A DNA stretch of 64,000 nucleotides from Scyliorhinus canicula (GCF_902713615.1 NC_052161.1:136509792-136573791), one strand, 5' to 3'; positions 50,033 to 62,519 are shown, numbered from the stretch's first letter. Translations and numbers: made by a program. The notes: generated by a model from the sequence alone, not told the origin.

Positions 50033-52350
50033 GCTGCAGCGGGCTGTGTGAGGCGGGGAAGCTGCAGCGGGCTGTGTGAGGCGGGGAGGCTGCAGCGGGC
50101 TGTGTGAGGCGGGGAAGCTGCAGCGGGCTGTGTGAGGCGGGGAGGCTGCAGCGGGCTGTGTGAGGCAGGGAAGCTGCAGTGGGCTGTGTGAGGCGGGGTT
50201 TGGAGCGGGGAAGCTGCAGTGGGCTGTGTGAGGCGGGGAAGCTGCAGCGGGCTGTGTGAGGCGGGGTTTGGAGTGGGGAAGCTGCAGCGGGCTGTGTGAG
50301 GTGGGGAAGCTGCAGCGGGCTGTGTGAGGTGGGGAAGCTGCAGCGGGCTGTGTGAGGCGGGGTTTGGAGTGGGAAGCTGCAGCGGGCTGTGTGAGGCGGG
50401 GAAGCTGCAGTGGGCTGTGTGAGGCGGGGAAGCTGCAGCGGGCTGTGTGAGGCGGGGTTTGGAGTGGGGAAGCTGCAGCGGGCTGTGTGAGGCGGGGAAG
50501 CTGCAGCGGGCTGTGTGAGGCGGGGAAGCTGCAGCGGGCTGTGTGAGGCGGGGAAGCTGCAGCGGGCTGTGTGAGGCGGGGAAGCTGCAGCGGGCTGTGT
50601 GAGGTGGGCTGTGTGAGGCGGGGTTTGGAGTGGGGAAGCTGCAGCGGGCTGTGTGAGGCGGGGTTTGGAACGGGGAAGCTGCAGCGGGCTGTGTGAGGCG
50701 GGGAAGCTGCAGCGGGCTGTGTGAGGCGGGGAAGCTGCAGCGGGCTGTGTGAGGCGGGGAAGCTGCAGCGGGCTGTGTGAGGCGGGGAAGCTGCAGTGGG
50801 CTGTGTGAGGCGGGGAAGCTGCAGTGGGCTGTGTGAGGCGGGGAAGCTGCAGCGGGCTGTGTGAGGCGGGGAAGCTGCAGCGGGCTGTGTGAGGCGGGGA
50901 AGCTGCAGCGGGCTGTGTGAGGGGGGGTTTGGAGCGGGGAAGCTGCAGTGGGCTGTGTGAGGCGGGGAAGCTGCAGCGGGCTGTGTGAGGCGGGGTTTGG
51001 AGCGGGGAAGCTGCAGTGGGCTGTGTGAGGCGGGGTTTGGAGCGGGGAAGCTGCAGTGGGCTGTGTGAGGCGGGGTTTGGAGCGGGGAAGCTGCAGTGGG
51101 CTGTGTGAGGCGGGGTTTGGAGCGGGGAAGCTGCAGTGGGCTGTGTGAGGCGGGGAAGCTGCAGCGGGCTGTGTGAGGTGGGGTTTGGAGCGGGGAAGCT
51201 GCAGTGGGCTGTGTGAGGAGGGCTGTGTGAGGCGGGGTTTGGAGCGGGGAAGCTGCAGCGGGCTGTGTGAGGAGGGCTGTGTGAGGCGGGGTTTGGAGCG
51301 GGGAAGCTGCAGCGGGCTGTGTGAGGCGGGGAAGCTGCAGCGGGCTGTGTGAGGCGGGGAAGCTGCAGCGGGCTGTGTGAGGTGGGCTGTGTGAGGCGGG
51401 GAAGCTGCAGCGGGCTGTGTGAGGCGGGGAAGCTGCAGCGGGCTGTGTGAGGCGGGGAAGCTGCAGCGGGCTGTGTGAGGCGGGGTTTGGAGCGAGGAAG
51501 CTGCAGCGGGCTGTGTGAGGCGGGGAGGCTGCAGCGGGCTGTGTGAGGCGGGGAGGCTGCAGCGGGCTGTGTGAGGTGGGCTGTGTGAGGCGGGGAAGCT
51601 GCAGCGGGCTGTGTGAGGCGGGGAAGCTGCAGCGGGCTGTGTGAGGCGGGGTTCGGAGTGGGCTGTGTGAGGCGGGGAAGCTGCAGCGGGCTGTGTGAGG
51701 TGGGCTGTGTGAGGCGGGGTTTGGAGTGGGGAAGCTGCAGCGGGCTGTGTGAGGCGGGGTTTGGAACGGGGAAGCTGCAGTGGGCTGTGTGAGGCGGGGA
51801 AGCTGCAGTGGGCTGTGTGAGGCGGGGAAGCTGCAGTGGGCTGTGTGAGGCGGGGAAGCTGCAGTGGGCTGTGTGAGGCGGGGAAGCTGCAGTGGGCTGT
51901 GTGAGGCGGGGAAGCTGCAGCGGGCTGTGTGAGGCGGGGAAGCTGCAGCGGGCTGTGTGAGGCGGGGTTTGGAGTGGGGAAGCTGCAGCGGGCTGTGTGA
52001 GGCGGGGTTTGGAGTGGGGAAGCTGCAGCGGGCTGTGTGAGGCGGGGTTTGGAGTGGGGAAGCTGCAGCGGGCTGTGTGAGGCGGGGAAGCTGCAGCGGG
52101 CTGTGTGAGGCGGGGTTTGGAGCGGGGAAGCTGCAGTGGGCTGTGTGAGGCGGGGAGACTGCAGCGGGCTGTGTGAGGCGGGGAGACTGCAGCGGGCTGT
52201 GTGAGGCGGGGAAGCTGCAGCGGGCTGTGTGAGGCGGGGAAGCTGCAGCGGGCTGTGTGAGGCGGGGAGACTGCAGTGGGCTGTGTGAGGCGGGGAAGCT
52301 GCAGCGGGGAAGCTGCCTGGGGAGCGGGGAAGCTGCCTGGGGAGCGGGGC
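50033..52350 (+). repeat. GC-rich minisatellite, 28-bp unit gctgcagcgggctgtgtgaggcggggaa with 40-bp and 13-bp variants
   Basis: Direct reading. The lack of minus-strand stops explains the 834-aa and 890-aa ORFs. Confidence 0.97.
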
Positions 52351-52574
52351 GGGGGCTCCAGCTGCAGTGTGTGGTGAGCGAAGCCTCGGTGCTGAATTGT
52401 TTTGGGTTTGTCCGGGGTCGCCTCATCCCGGGGTTGTGCTGCCAAGCGACAGACGGCCCCGCAGCTCCCCCAACCCCGCCCCAAACACACCGGCCTCTCG
52501 GAGGGGCAGCTCCCCCGCCCACCCACCCACCCTGCCCGGATCAGCCGCCCAGCCCGGGTGGAATTAAGGACCCC

Positions 52575-52960
52575 CCCGCCCAGCCCCAGTGTGCCCTCCT
52601 TCCCCATCCCCATTGTGCCCTATCCCCTCACTCCCATCCTGCCCTCTCCCCCCCACCCCCAGTGTGCCCTCTCCCCCCCCACCCCCAGTGTGCCCTCTCC
52701 CCCCCAGCCCCAGTGTGCCCTCTCCCCCCCCAGCCCCAGTGTGCCCTCTCCCCCCCCAGCCCCAGTGTGCCCTCTCCCCCCCAGCCCCAGTGTGCCCTCT
52801 CCCCCCCACCCCCAGTGTGCCCTCTCCCCACCACCCCCAGTGTGCCCTCTCCCCCCCCACCCCCAGTGTGCCCTCTCCCCCCCAGCCCCAGTGTGCCCTC
52901 TCCCCCCCCCCCCCAGCCCCAGTGTGCCCCCCCCCCCAGCACCAGTGTGTGCCCTCCCTC
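52575..52960 (+). repeat. C-rich minisatellite, about 25-bp unit cccccagccccagtgtgccctctcc
   Basis: Direct reading of the sequence. Confidence 0.93.
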
Positions 52961-53320
52961 CCGGGGTGCCCATTCCGGTGCCCGGCCCCCTCCCTCTGTG
53001 TGACTCTGGCCCTCCCGTGCCACTATTTTAAAAAATGGTCACAGCTTTTTGTTTTACAAGTTAGGGGGGGGGGGTTATTCATTTATTTTAGTCATTTAAT
53101 TTTTTATTTTTTTTTACAATTTCGGGGGGGATTTATTTGATAAAAGCTTACATTAAAAAAATGCAGGACTTTGGACAGATGGAGACTCCATACTTTCCGA
53201 CGCGGGAAGGCTTCACCTTCATCCAACAGGTTCCATTGGAGGAGCGAGTACGAGGGCCAAAGGGACCCAAAGCCATTTCCTCCCGTTTTGGCAGCACCAA
53301 ACAAGGTAAGAGAAAATGGT

Positions 53321-53686
53321 GGGTCGCGAAGGTCGGCAGGCGTGGGTCGCGAAGGTCGGCCGGGTTAGGTCGCGAAGGTCGGCCGGGTTAGGTCGCGAAG
53401 GTCGGCCGGGTTAGGTCGCGAATGTCGGCCAGCGTGGGTCGCGAAGGTCGGCCGGGTTAGGACGCGAAGGTCGGCCGGGTTAGGTCGCGAAGGTCGGCCG
53501 GTTAGGTCGCGAAGGTCGGCCGGGTTAGGTCGCTCAGGTCGGCCGGGTTAGGTCGCGAAGGCCGGCCGGGTTAGGTCGCGAAGATCAGCCGGGTTAGGTC
53601 GCGAAGGTCGGCCGGGTTAGGTCGCGAAGGTCAGCCGGGTTAGGTCGCGAAGGTCGGCCGGGTTAGGTCGCTCAGGTCGGCCGATA
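53321..53686 (+). repeat. 23-bp tandem repeat ggtcgcgaaggtcggccgggtta (about 16 copies), hAT right subterminal
   Basis: Direct reading. CpGs are largely intact. Confidence 0.95.
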
Positions 53687-56027
53687 GGTAAAAATGGGTC
53701 CCTGGAAAAAAAAGTTTGAAGAACAGTGTTCTAGTTTCTGATCACTGTTAGAAGCAGGTCTGCCAGTTCAGTCCCTCGTTTGAGGGTCGCAATACTTCAA
53801 CTGAACCCCACCGTCAGGTTCTTGGTGGAGAACAAAGCACGGGATGGGGCCACTGTTGTCTAGGGAACTGGAGGCTGCCAACAGCTTAGCCTTTGAGCCA
53901 GACTCTCTCAGTATTGGTCTCTGGCACCCCAATTCCAGCAGGCAATGCCCAATCTTGCCAACAGGTTCAATAATAATATTGCAAAATCGCATTACAAAAT
54001 AAAGCGAGGAAACACAAAACCCTTTCATGAGTACATCCAAAGCCAATCTGTCTCCTACTCTGTGATGGAGGCCTGTGCGCACAATGAAGTTTCAGACAGC
54101 TACTTAATCCGATGTAAGGTCTATTTGTGGCACTCAATGCATGAATTATTGAAACAAGTATTATTTGCAGCATCACCGATGATTTAAACAGCGTTAATGG
54201 AGATTGGAGATACAACTCCCTCAGTACCACAGCTCAATTTGACCTTTGCCTTGGCTGAAAAGGCAGGAATAAGGGATCGTGGGTTTGGCAAAATGGCACC
54301 AGACCTATACCCCCTTTCTTCACCCAAAAGATGACTTTAGGAGTCAACCTCAGCAGTAAAGGTCTCTGAACTTTGCAACCATGAAGAGCTTGACACCCGA
54401 GGCGGGGTTTTGTCCTCGTCTGTCAGTCACCCACTTAGGGGGCCAATGTGTTCAAAATGGAAAGCGTGAAGAAAATCAACGTGACCGCTCTGAACCTCCC
54501 ACAAGTCCGCCCGGAGAGAGGAGGGGGAGGGGCGGGTGGTGGGGGGAGGGGGAGGAAATCACTAAAAGACTGACTGTTCTTTTCAGTTTTTAAACAACAA
54601 GTCACATTCCATCAGCTTCCCTATCCCACAAACTTCTTTCAAAGTCAATTCTCCATTCTTTTTCTGGAACTGTCTAACTTTGGAACACGTGAAATCGATT
54701 AAATAATGATGATTTAACAATACAACTAAATATTGTGCAAAAATACAAATAAGAATTTGTACACAAACTAAAATTTCTTGCATTACAAGTGTCCCTTCAG
54801 TAATTTGTCGGGATCTAGGAAAGACATTGACCGAATACAGGTGTCACTGGTAATGCCAACACTTATTGCCCACCCCCAACTGCCCTGAATGGAGTACTTT
54901 GCTCGGCCATTTCAGAGGGCAGTTAAAGAATCAATTCCATTGCTGTGGGGTCTGGAGCCACATGTAGGCCGGACCGGATAAGGACGGAGGATCTTCCTTC
55001 CCTAAAGCACATTAATGAACCAGATGGATTTTTACAGCGATCAGGTCATTTTCTGTGGTCACCATTCTGTTGCTAAATGTACTTATTTAATTGTCTCTAA
55101 ATTCTCTAGCTGCCCTGGTGGGAGTTGAACTCGCGTCTCCAGATCACCAGCCCACTATCAGGACCTCAGTAACCCATGTCCCCAGAGACTTCATAAACAT
55201 TCCTTGCCGGCAATATATTTTATAAAAGATAATAGGCAGGATTAAACTAAAAGTCCCATAGCGAGCACGTTTCGCCGTGTTTCCCGGCGCCCGCAGTGCC
55301 AAGGAACACAACGCTATAAAACGGCAGCCACCTTAGATTGGGGAGCTCAGCGGGGAACGTGCAGCCGAGGCCCCACTTAGCCCTGTTTTCTGCATTGACG
55401 AGCTCCACTCATAGAATCAAAGAATTTACAGTGCGGAAGGAGGCCATTCGGCCTATCAAGTCTGCACCGATCCTTGGAAAGAGCACCTAACCCAAGCCCA
55501 CACCCTATCCCCGTTACCCAGTAACCCTACGCAACCTTTTTGGGCACTGAGGGCACTTTAGCGTGGAACCCCTTAGTGTAGCAAGATATGAGGACCGCAT
55601 TTAAAAATGTTGTCCCAATCTCTGGAGACCCTGCAGCGATCCCCGGGACCACCACCCTCAAGCATTATAGGAGGGTCCCAAGCCCCACTGCACTCCCTCC
55701 CGCCCCCCCAACACACATGGAGGGCACCCCATCCCAATCACCACCAGGCAAAAAGTGCCAGGCAGACAGTGCCAGAATGCCCATGTGGCATCAGCAGTGA
55801 CAGGGTACCACTCTGCCCAAAGGGCATGCCTGGGGGGCATTCCGATCCCCTGGGAGGCCCCACAAGTGCCATTCCATCAGGTCCCTGTTTGCGGAGTCCA
55901 GGGCTGAACGGCGCTCGCCCGAGATCTCTGAGGCGAAGGAGATTGATCCTGTGCCTCGGGAAATCGCACATTAAAGTGAAACTAGCTGCCTCACTTTAGT
56001 ATGCAGTTGTTTTTAGTTTTTTAATTT

Positions 56028-56252
56028 TTAAAAAATAAATTTAGAGTACCCAATTAATTTTTTCCATTTAAGGGACAATTTAGCGTGGCCAATCCACCTA
56101 CCCTGCACATCTTTGGGTTGTGGGGGCGAAACCCACGCAGACACGGGGAGAATGTGCACACTCCACACGGACAGTGACCCAGAGCCGGGATCGAACCTGT
56201 GACCTCGGCAACGTGAGGCAGCAGGGCTAACCCACTGCGCCACCGTGCTGGC
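56028..56252 (-). mobile_element. V-SINE, A-tail variant, inside a MITE
   Basis: TSD approximately ttta(g/a)tatgcag. Confidence 0.85.
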
Positions 56253-58776
56253 CTTTAATATGCAGATTTGCCAAAAAGTGATCCCGCCCACAATTGGGCA
56301 CGATTTACATCGCAACGTCTCGCATTAGATTTCATGAGGTGTTGCGAGCCGGGTAGATCCTGGGAGCGGAAAATTATGGCCAAAAACTCTCAGGAAAGGG
56401 CCACAACGGGACTAGCGATGGGGAGATCTCAGAACGACCCCCCCCCCCCCCCCCCCCCGCCAACAACATATCCAGCGGGGTCATGAACCTGATTACCATT
56501 CATTTAAATACATTTTAATATTCAAAATCGGATTAATGCCAAATCTTCTGGGAACGTCGGATGTTCCCGCCTGCCGACGTGGGAAGAGAGGGATTTTGAG
56601 GGAGGTTTTTCCAACTTCCCCAGCCCAGGACAGGGCACACCGGAATTACCCAGTATTGTTACCATTCAGTTTGAGTCATTGAGCATCTACATAGACCTTA
56701 AGCGGGTGGGGGGGGGAGATTTCTGAGATAGGGTTGAGTGAGTACGTCACATGTGATTCCTCTTGATGGTGTGGTTCAACCCCACCCCTTTTTTCAGTGG
56801 TCACAAGTCTGAGTGTTTTAAGGTTTGGTAGGAATGTAACCGTGCTTCAGCTCCACAGGCTGAGCAGACGCACCTGGATCTTCACTGGGAGGATTCGGGC
56901 AGCTATGCCACTTGGAACCCATGTAGGTGCAGGAGGCAATTAGAAAGCAACATACGATGTTAGCCTTTATTGTAAGGGATTGTGGAACGGGAGCATAAAC
57001 GTCTTGCTGTACTTATGTATGGCTTTGGTGGGACCCACACACACCTGGAATGTTTTTATCGTGGGATGTGGACATCGCTGGCAAGGCCAGCATTAGTTGA
57101 AACTGAAAGGTGTGGTAAAGCCGGAGGGAATCGCTACTGGTCATCAGATGCAGAGACCGGACATGATGGTCATGCTGGGAGGCCGATGCCACCCCTGGAT
57201 GGTCAGGCACATGGCAGTGCAGTGCCCTGATACTGCCTCCTGGAATACTGGCACTGCTAGGCTGGCACCGCCTAGGGGGTGGGGTGGTGAAGGGACAGGG
57301 GCCTGAAGATGACCCCATATCAGGGGTTTGCAACACATGGTTGGGGGGGGAGGGGGCTGGGGCTGCGGCGATGCCCCGAAGACCCGATGCCAGTGATTAA
57401 GGTGGTGGTGGGGAGGGGGGGACGATTCCAGCGGTGATGGGGGAGAAGGGTGGTCCACAAACAGGATTTGAGATTGGGGCGCGCTTTCCAATCTCTGTGG
57501 AGCCAGGCTTGCTGACGTCTTTAGGCCCTGCCCCCCATAATGATAGCGCAAATCAAGCCCCCCTCCTAAAGAATGACAAAGTGTGGTACGCCCTCGACGT
57601 TACACCTGCCTGTTTCTCTGCGAAACGGGCCGGTTCTGTCAGAATCTGACAGCAATCTTTGGGAAAGTTCTGCCCTTTGTTTTTATTCCAGTCCATTTCT
57701 TTTCTGCTCCTCTCCTGAAAACGATTCAGATTCTTGTTCAGCGCACTGACGGTGACCTCTGTTTACCTTGCTGAAATATTTACTCTTTACGTGCAAATCC
57801 ACACAGCGAGTGTAGTCAGCCTGATCCGCTGCCAAAATGTATGGCGTCCTCACCTGGCACCCAACCGTGTGGACTTTCTAGCACAGGTAACCCGGGAGTG
57901 GCAGGGGTCGTGAACTCTGGCCGAGTTGGCCCATTGCTAGCTTAGAGAATGGAACCAAAGGTGCCAGCTGCTACCGGTGCATGACCCACAAAACAGCCAA
58001 CTCCGCAGCAGCCAGGAATCGACCCTTGGACTTTCCTGGTCAACTTGCCTCAGTTCCATGTGAAATGGGGTGTTCGAGGAGGCAGACCCTCACAACATAA
58101 TCCAGGGAAGGGATTTTTGGTTTTCTGTTGAGATGGCCCTATTAGCTGGAGCAACAGGGCTGGTGCACAAATCTATCAACTCAACAAATGTGCAATTCAG
58201 ACATTAAACAGGATTTCTTTCTTGTCTGTAGGCCAGAGGATAGTGATTAATGTTATACTGCTTCCTGCTTTTTGATTGACACAAGCTATACATATGGGTC
58301 TCAAAACTGGTAAAGATCATCTTTGTCTGAATCTAACCTCAAACTGGTGGGAGGCGAAGAAAATCGCTCAAACTGCTCTCGTTAGATTCATTGCAAATAT
58401 AGAAGGAAAACGCAGCTCGTTGCTGATCACTGGGGGCAGGCTCCAAGGACAGGCTCTAGTCCAGGGGACCAGATGTGCTCACCCTCACTTAGAGACTGGA
58501 TCTGGTTCAATTTAAAATCTGGATTGTGTCTATCAGAACTACCCATCGTTGAACAATAAATATGGTAGAGCAACATCCTGTGGTAATAAGTTCGCTGTTG
58601 AGTGTTTTAAGATCTGGTGGGTATGTAACTGCACCGTAGTCCCATCAGAAAAGGTGGATCAGACTCTCCTGGACCTTCCTTTATAGCATTAGTAACCCTG
58701 GGGCATCTATTTCACTCGTAACCTCACGGCATGCAGGCACAGGACGTAAAATGGTACGTCAGCCTTTAGCACAAGG

Positions 58777-59113
58777 GTTGGATTGGATTTGTTTACTGTC
58801 ACGTGTACCGAGGTGCAGTGAAAAGTATTTTTCTGCGAGCAGATCATTAAGTACATGGGAAGAAAAGGGAATAAAAGAAAATACATAATAGGGCAACACA
58901 AGGTACACAATGTAACTACATAAGCACCGACATCGGGTGAAGCATACAGGGTGTAGTGTTAATGAGGTCAGTCCATAAGAGGGTCATTTAGGAGTCTGGT
59001 GACAGTGGGGAAGAAGCTGTTTTTGAGTCTGTTTGTGCGTGTTCTCAGACTTCTGAATCTCCTGCCCGATGGAAGAAGTTGGAAGAGTGAGTAAGCCGGG
59101 TGGGAGGGATCCT
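58777..59113 (-). mobile_element. Rex1/Babar LINE 3' end
   Basis: DPSHPAYSLFQLLPSGRRFRSLRTRTNRLKNSFFP motif and a (TCCAA)n tail. Confidence 0.85.
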
Positions 59114-60373
59114 TATTATGAAAGTTACTGTGAAAAGCCCCTAGTCGCCACATTCCGGCGCCTGTTCGGGGAGGCCATTACGGGTATTGAAGCCACACTG
59201 CTGGCATTGTTCTGCATTACAAGTCAGCTGTTTAGCCCACTGTGCTAAACCAGCCCCTAATCCCAGCATCTAAGAAGGAGGCCATTTGGCCCATCCAGTT
59301 TGCACCAACCCACTGAAAGAGCACCCTACCTAGGCCCACTCCCCTGCCCTATCCCTATAACCCCACCTAACCTGCACATCTTTGGACACTAAGGGGTAAT
59401 TTAGCTTGGCTGATCCAACATAATAACAATCTTTATTATTGCCACAAGTAGGCTTATATTAACACTGTAATGAAGTTACTGCGAAAATGAACTGCGGGAA
59501 GAAACCGGAGCACCCGGAGGAAACCCACGCAGACATGGAAAGTGTGAACTCCACACAGACAGTGACCCAAAGCCGGAATCGAACCCAGGAATCGCTGTGA
59601 GGCAGCAGTGATAACCACTGTGCCACCTTGGCCGCCGTGGTTGGGAGTATAAGAGTAGAAAAGACTCGTTGCATTCATATAAGTCTTGGTGAGACCACAC
59701 ACCTGCAAAACTGTGAAAAGGTTTGGCCTCCTTATCTAGCAAAGGATGTGCTTACTTCAGAAGGAGTGCAATGAAGGGTCATTAGGTGCAGATGACACAG
59801 CAAAAGTGGAGTTTGGGGGTAAAGGTCGGGTACAGTCAGGGAACTTGTCCTCTCTAGCTGTCTGCCGGTCACGTAAAAGGAGGCAGGTATCATTATTTTA
59901 TCACGCCCAGCAACTAGCTGCACCTAGTGACCCTTCATTGCAATCTCTCGAAAGGTAAGCATAGATAAGGAGATCAGGACTGTTCACAGTCTGGCCTACA
60001 ATGTGGCTCCAGCTTCACTGAAATGGTCAAGCCACTCGGCACAGCTCAGGGGCAGCACGGTGGCACAGTCGCTAGCACTGCTCAGGGGCAACTAACGCGA
60101 TACCCACACCTCATGAAAAAAACATTCCAGGTGTGTGTGGGTCTCACCAAAGCCATACATAAGTACAGCAACACGTTTATACTCTCGCACCGCAATCCCT
60201 TTACAATAAAGGCATTTTCCTTCCTAATTGCTTCCTGCACCTACACGGGTTCCTGGTGCCATAGGTGCGCCGAATCCTCCGAATGAAGGTCCAGGAGCGT
60301 CTGCTCAGCCTCTGGAGCTGACGCACGGTTACATACCTACAGAACCTTAAAACACTCAAAGGAGAATATGTTT

Positions 60374-60601
60374 AGGGAGTGTCACAGTGACACAGTGGTT
60401 CGCACTGCTGCCTCACGGTGCCAAGGACCCGGGTTCGATCCTGGCGCCAGGTCACCCTCCGTGTGGAGTTTGCACGTTCTCCCCGTGTCTGTGTGGGTCT
60501 CACCCCCACAACCCAAAGATGTGCAGGCGAGGTGGATTGGCCACGCTAATTGCCCCTTAATTAGAAAAAAAGAATTGGGTACTCTGAATTTATTTAAAAC
60601 A
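60374..60601 (+). mobile_element. V-SINE, A-tail variant
   Basis: 12-bp TSD gagaatatgttt (60362-60373 / 60602-60613). Confidence 0.9.
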
Positions 60602-61619
60602 GAGAATATGTTTGCCAATTCCCCCAACAGAGGACTTGTTACCACTGAAAAAAGGGGTGGTTGACCCACACGTACCATCAAAAGTATTCACATGTTACGT
60701 ACTCACTTGGCCCTAATTGGACACCCCTTGGTGGGGAGCTGGTGACACAGTGGTACTGTCGCTGGACTCGTTAACCTCAAACCCAGTGTAATGTTCTGGG
60801 ATCTGGATTCAAATTCCGCTATTGCAGATGGTGGAATTTGAATTCAATACAAAATTGGGAATTAAAAGCCAAATGATGGCCGTGAAACCATTGTCGATTG
60901 TCGTAAAAACCCATCTGGTTCGCTAATGTCCTTCAGGGAAGGAAATCTGCCGTCCTTACCCGGTCTGGCCTACATGTGACTCCAGACCCACAGCTATGTG
61001 GTCGACTCTTAACTGCCCCTCAAGAGCAATTAATGACCGGCAATAAATGCTGGCCCAGTCTGCGACGCCCATGTTCCATGAACAAATTTAAATAAATCTC
61101 AGAGATTCCCCCCTCGCCTAAGATCCATGTAGATACTCAAACACTCAAAGTGAATGGTAACAGTACAGGGCAATGCTTGTGTGCCCTGGCCCCGGCTGGG
61201 GGAAGCTTGAAAAATATCCCTCAAATTCTCTCTCTCACATCGTAAAAATCCCAAATACGTGTTTGTGTTTATCTGGGTTTGATTTAGTTGCGGCTAATGC
61301 AAGAGGTTTCGCCTTTTGCCATTCTGTCACAGCTAACTCATTCCGGAAAAACAAAAGGACAAGTTACGGTCAGAGAAAATGATTCAGATGTCTGTGTGGT
61401 TAGAAGGTCCCTCAGCCTCCCAACAACTCAGAGGAATAGTACTCGGCCCCATCTGGCAGATGTGACCAATGCACAAAACTACCAAGTTCAAGAGTAGCTT
61501 CCACCCCTCCTCCGCCAGTTGTCTGAAAAGCATCAAGTGATACAAACTCAAAAAGTACAGGACCCAAAACACATGGGATGCAGTTCACAAAATGGGGAGC
61601 GATTATACCACAGGAGACC

Positions 61620-62320
61620 ATTCAGCCCTTCCTGTCCGTGCTAGCCTTCTGCAACTCTCTGTCCTCCATAGCAACCCAGCTAGTCCCGCTCCCTGTCCCC
61701 TTCCCCAGAGCCCCGCAACTTTTGTCTCTTCAACATTTCCCCCTTCAGCTGCTTATCCAATTCCCTTTTGCAAGTCACAATTGAATCGGAGTCCACCGCA
61801 TTCCACATCCTAACCGCTCGCTGCGAGAAAAGGTTTTCCCTCATGTTGTCACGGTTCTCTTTGCCAATCACCTTAAATCGGTGTCCGCCGGTGAATGGTA
61901 ATAGTTTCTCCCTGGCCTACTCTGTTCACACCCTCGGTGATTTTGAAGACGTCTATTGAACCTCCTCTCGATCTTCTCTTCTACAAGCGAAACAGCCCCA
62001 GTTTATCCAGTCTGCCCAGGTAAATGAAGTCCCTCATCCCTGGAACCATTAATTCTCGTAAATGCTTTCTGCATCTTCTAGAATACCTTTCTATAGGCTG
62101 GTTCAGCACAGTGGGCTAAACAGCTGGCTTGTGATGCCGAACAATGCCAGCAGTGCGGGTTCAATTCCCGTACTGGCCTCCCCGAACAGGCACCGGAATG
62201 TGGCGACTAGGGGCTTTTCACAGTAACGTCACTGAAGCCTACTTGTGACAATCAGCGATTATTATTATTATTATTAAAGTGTGGAGCTCAGAATTGGACA
62301 CAATACTCCAACTGAGACAA
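61620..62320 (-). mobile_element. CR1 LINE 3' end, interrupted by a short SINE
   Basis: MRENLFSQRAVRMWN motif and a CR1 tail. Confidence 0.75.
62095..62277 (+). mobile_element. Short tRNA-derived SINE (about 180 bp; other copies 28300-28477 and 59115-59257, minus)
   Basis: Head ggctggtt.agcacagtgggctaaacagctggc, B box ggttcaattcc and a tail shared with one V-SINE variant. Confidence 0.8.
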
Positions 62321-62519
62321 TCCAGCAATCACGCTGAGCCGGCGATGACTTCTGTCCTCCATCAGTCCTTGATCCTGGAGAGGGCCCACCTGTGTCTAGT
62401 TAAGTGCCTGATTAGCACTTACAAGAGTCGGCGCAGGGGGGGCTCGCGCCTGTTCTCCAGCACGCGGGGGAGACCCCATCGCTTCCATTAAATACCGCCC
62501 TGTGTGTCAGCAATGGCTG

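Larger units (their letters stand above)
49609..53728 (+). mobile_element. Non-autonomous hAT (Charlie/Buster-type) DNA transposon carrying four minisatellites
   Basis: TIRs ccgtgttcttcaaa / tttgaagaacagtg and a perfect 8-bp TSD ttctagtt (49601-49608 / 53729-53736). The right end resembles that of the element at 24391-25532. Confidence 0.9.
56576..61241. repeat. Local inverted duplication: 56576-57099 versus 60089-61241
   Basis: The arms align as reverse complements once the two SINEs in the right arm are removed. Confidence 0.88.

Noticed and set aside
49941-52613. 890-aa and 834-aa minus-strand ORFs
   Set aside because: They are translations of a 28-bp minisatellite lacking stops. The unit is not a multiple of 3, and it lies inside a hAT element.
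50033-53686. CRISPR-like array
   Set aside because: These are head-to-tail tandem repeats without unique spacers, in eukaryotic DNA with no cas genes.
56830-56930. LDLHWEDSGSY, resembling the Ig-domain DxGxYxC motif
   Set aside because: It lacks the cysteine and the rest of the domain, and the frame is not kept in the duplicate copy.
59841-59860. p53 element GAACTTGTCC-TCTCTAGCTG (also a GGGCATGCCT half-site near 55822)
   Set aside because: The second half-site has 4 mismatches, and the other site lies in a MITE with a poor partner.
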